Shown here: in pieces, positions 59,675-60,723 of the stretch | Position numbering within the stretch: position 1 is the stretch's first letter | How the letters are laid out: each line of letters starts with the position of its first letter | From: an uncultured virus (IMG/VR IMGVR_UViG_3300022602_000040) | Lineage: Duplodnaviria; Heunggongvirae; Uroviricota; Caudoviricetes | IMG/VR virus record: IMGVR_UViG_3300022602_000040 | DNA: 60,723 nucleotides | Strand: one strand, 5' to 3' | The notes under the pieces: generated by a model | Told to the model about the DNA's origin: nothing | Seen by the model: the letters and a program-made list of their open reading frames with translations, nothing else | Database searches by the model: none | Made by a program: the position numbers and the translations under genes

Positions 59675-59778
59675 AGGTAAGTTTCCTACTTTGTATTATT
59701 TCCAGACGAACAAAATCGAAAATCGTCCTGAGCCCAGGGGCCCTTCCTAATGTCTTGCGAGTTGCTGTAACTTAACCT
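59675..59778 (-). ncRNA. CAGCA-stem element E4
   Basis: AGGTTAAG-TTACAGCAAC...ACTTACCT-G, ending 10 nt before the tRNA 5' end. Confidence 0.65.
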
Positions 59779-59786
59779 TAATCTTT

Positions 59787-59856
59787 TATAAATATATGTG
59801 ATTCGCGGTGGTGGTACACCCAATCACTCTAGAAACTTTACAGGAGTTACCAGCAA
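59787..59856 (+). promoter_or_regulatory. Late promoter TATAAATA (59787-59794) and structured leader of HEG4
   Basis: Stems GTGATT/AATCAC, GGTG/CACC and AACTT/GAGTT (over the SD); possible TGGTA/TACCA pseudoknot. Confidence 0.6.
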
Positions 59857-60387
59857 ATGTCAACTGTTTATTTATACGTAAAACAGCATTCAATTACCGG
59901 ACTCAAATACTTCGGTAAAACGGTGTCATCCAATCCATTCAAATATATTGGTTCTGGAAAGAGATGGTTAAATCATTGTAGGAAACACGGTATAAAATAT
60001 ATCAAAACCCTAGAAATTTGGGGATTTGATGATCAGCAGCTATGTACTGCTTTTGCGTTAAAATTCTCAAAAGAGAACAATATTGTCCAATCAAAACATT
60101 GGGCTAATCTCATGGAAGAGAACGGCAAAAGCGGAGGAGCTGTAGATAACAATTATTTTAAAGTATTTAATAAAATTCCTAGAACTACCAACCACAGTAA
60201 TAATATTTCTAGAGCATTAAAGGGTGGACGAAAGCCACCGCAAAACAGTACTCATAAAAATAGAATAGCACAGACTTTAAAAGATAAACCTTTAAGTATA
60301 TGTCCTCATTGCAATAAACAAGGACGTATGATCGGTAGATTCTTAGGAAGTCACTTTGATAAATGTAGTCAACGGGATGTTATTTGA
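59857..60387 (+). mobile_element. GIY-YIG homing endonuclease (HEG4), antisense to the RNA cluster
   Basis: YLYVKQH..TGLKYFGKT...Y.GSG..W..H..KHG, WANL..ENG, CPHC...HFDKC. Confidence 0.85.
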
Positions 60388-60581
60388 ATTCGGATTTTAC
60401 CTCTTCTTCTATTCGGAGAAGACCTATTCCTACATTCGGGTAGGACCCCTACTCCTGGTCCGCCAGGCCGTTGTTAATAGCATAAGTCACCGAAGTGCTC
60501 AGAGGCTGGTTAACGATCGAGCTGTATCCGAAGATACTTCTAGATGCCCCGAAGGGCTAGTCGGTTTGCTGAAACCATCCC
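60374..60581 (-). ncRNA. CAGCA-stem element E5 (multi-hairpin)
   Basis: GGGATG-GT-TTCAGCAAAC...CATCCC-G; three C(UUCG)G hairpins and two stems capped by CCGAAU. Confidence 0.78.
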
Positions 60582-60597
60582 TAATATCGTACGACGA

Positions 60598-60723
60598 TTA
60601 TGCCTCGTCGATAAACTTCTTGAGCTTTTGTGCTTCTGTAAGAATCTGCTCAGTTGTAGGAAACTGAGGAACTTCTGTAAGCAAAGATGCGTTCTGATTG
60701 ATTTCAGCCTTCAAGCGGGCAGA
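60598..60723 (-). CDS. C-terminal part of a hypothetical protein (runs off window end)
   Basis: ...SARLKAEINQNASLLTEVPQFPTTEQILTEAQKLKKFIDEA*; the FPT.E.I..A..L..F ending is common in T4-like phages. Confidence 0.7.
   Translation of the reverse strand, partial: SARLKAEINQNASLLTEVPQFPTTEQILTEAQKLKKFIDEA

Noticed and set aside
59587..59775. 62-aa plus-strand ORF (also 60356-60667 + and 54856-55080 -)
   Set aside because: They overlap the tRNA, structured RNA elements, a promoter or a better-supported small ORF.
1..60723. Genome-wide TAG reassignment (code 15)
   Set aside because: The long genes are intact in code 11, and TAG occurs at natural C-termini such as DGGTF and gp4.

Overview
This window is part of a large T4-like myophage genome in the standard genetic code; the host cannot be determined from this sequence. 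It has one 100-N scaffold gap at 2842-2941. From 1 to 44.5 kb on the minus strand lies a late virion cluster: neck gp13 (partial), several long Asn/Thr/Ser/Gly-rich fibre genes, a DUF4815-type protein, and baseplate gp8, gp7, gp6, gp25, gp5, gp27-like, gp53 and gp48. Three Seg-like GIY-YIG homing endonucleases interrupt this cluster. From 44.6 to 52.1 kb on the plus strand are gp4, gp2, gp54, gp26/gp51 and two tape-measure/hub-like genes. From 52.1 to 54.6 kb on the minus strand are gp32, gp59, gp33 and a SleB-like hydrolase. The most unusual part is 55-60.7 kb, a minus-strand RNA/translation locus. It encodes a vWA protein, a DUF2828 (probably TROVE/Ro60-like) protein and a PTH2-like protein. 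It also carries an amber (CUA) suppressor tRNA and a short leader ORF with an in-frame UAG whose readthrough would couple to the downstream genes. Five non-coding elements there share a closing stem plus a CAGCA motif but enclose different cargo, including a circularly permuted YrlA-like tRNA mimic and an isolated Arg(UCU) anticodon arm. Other notable signals are a probable -1 frameshift joining gp26 to gp51, late-promoter/RBS-occluding hairpins, and SD-containing direct repeats flanking two homing endonucleases. All family assignments come from motif recognition by eye, not from database searches.
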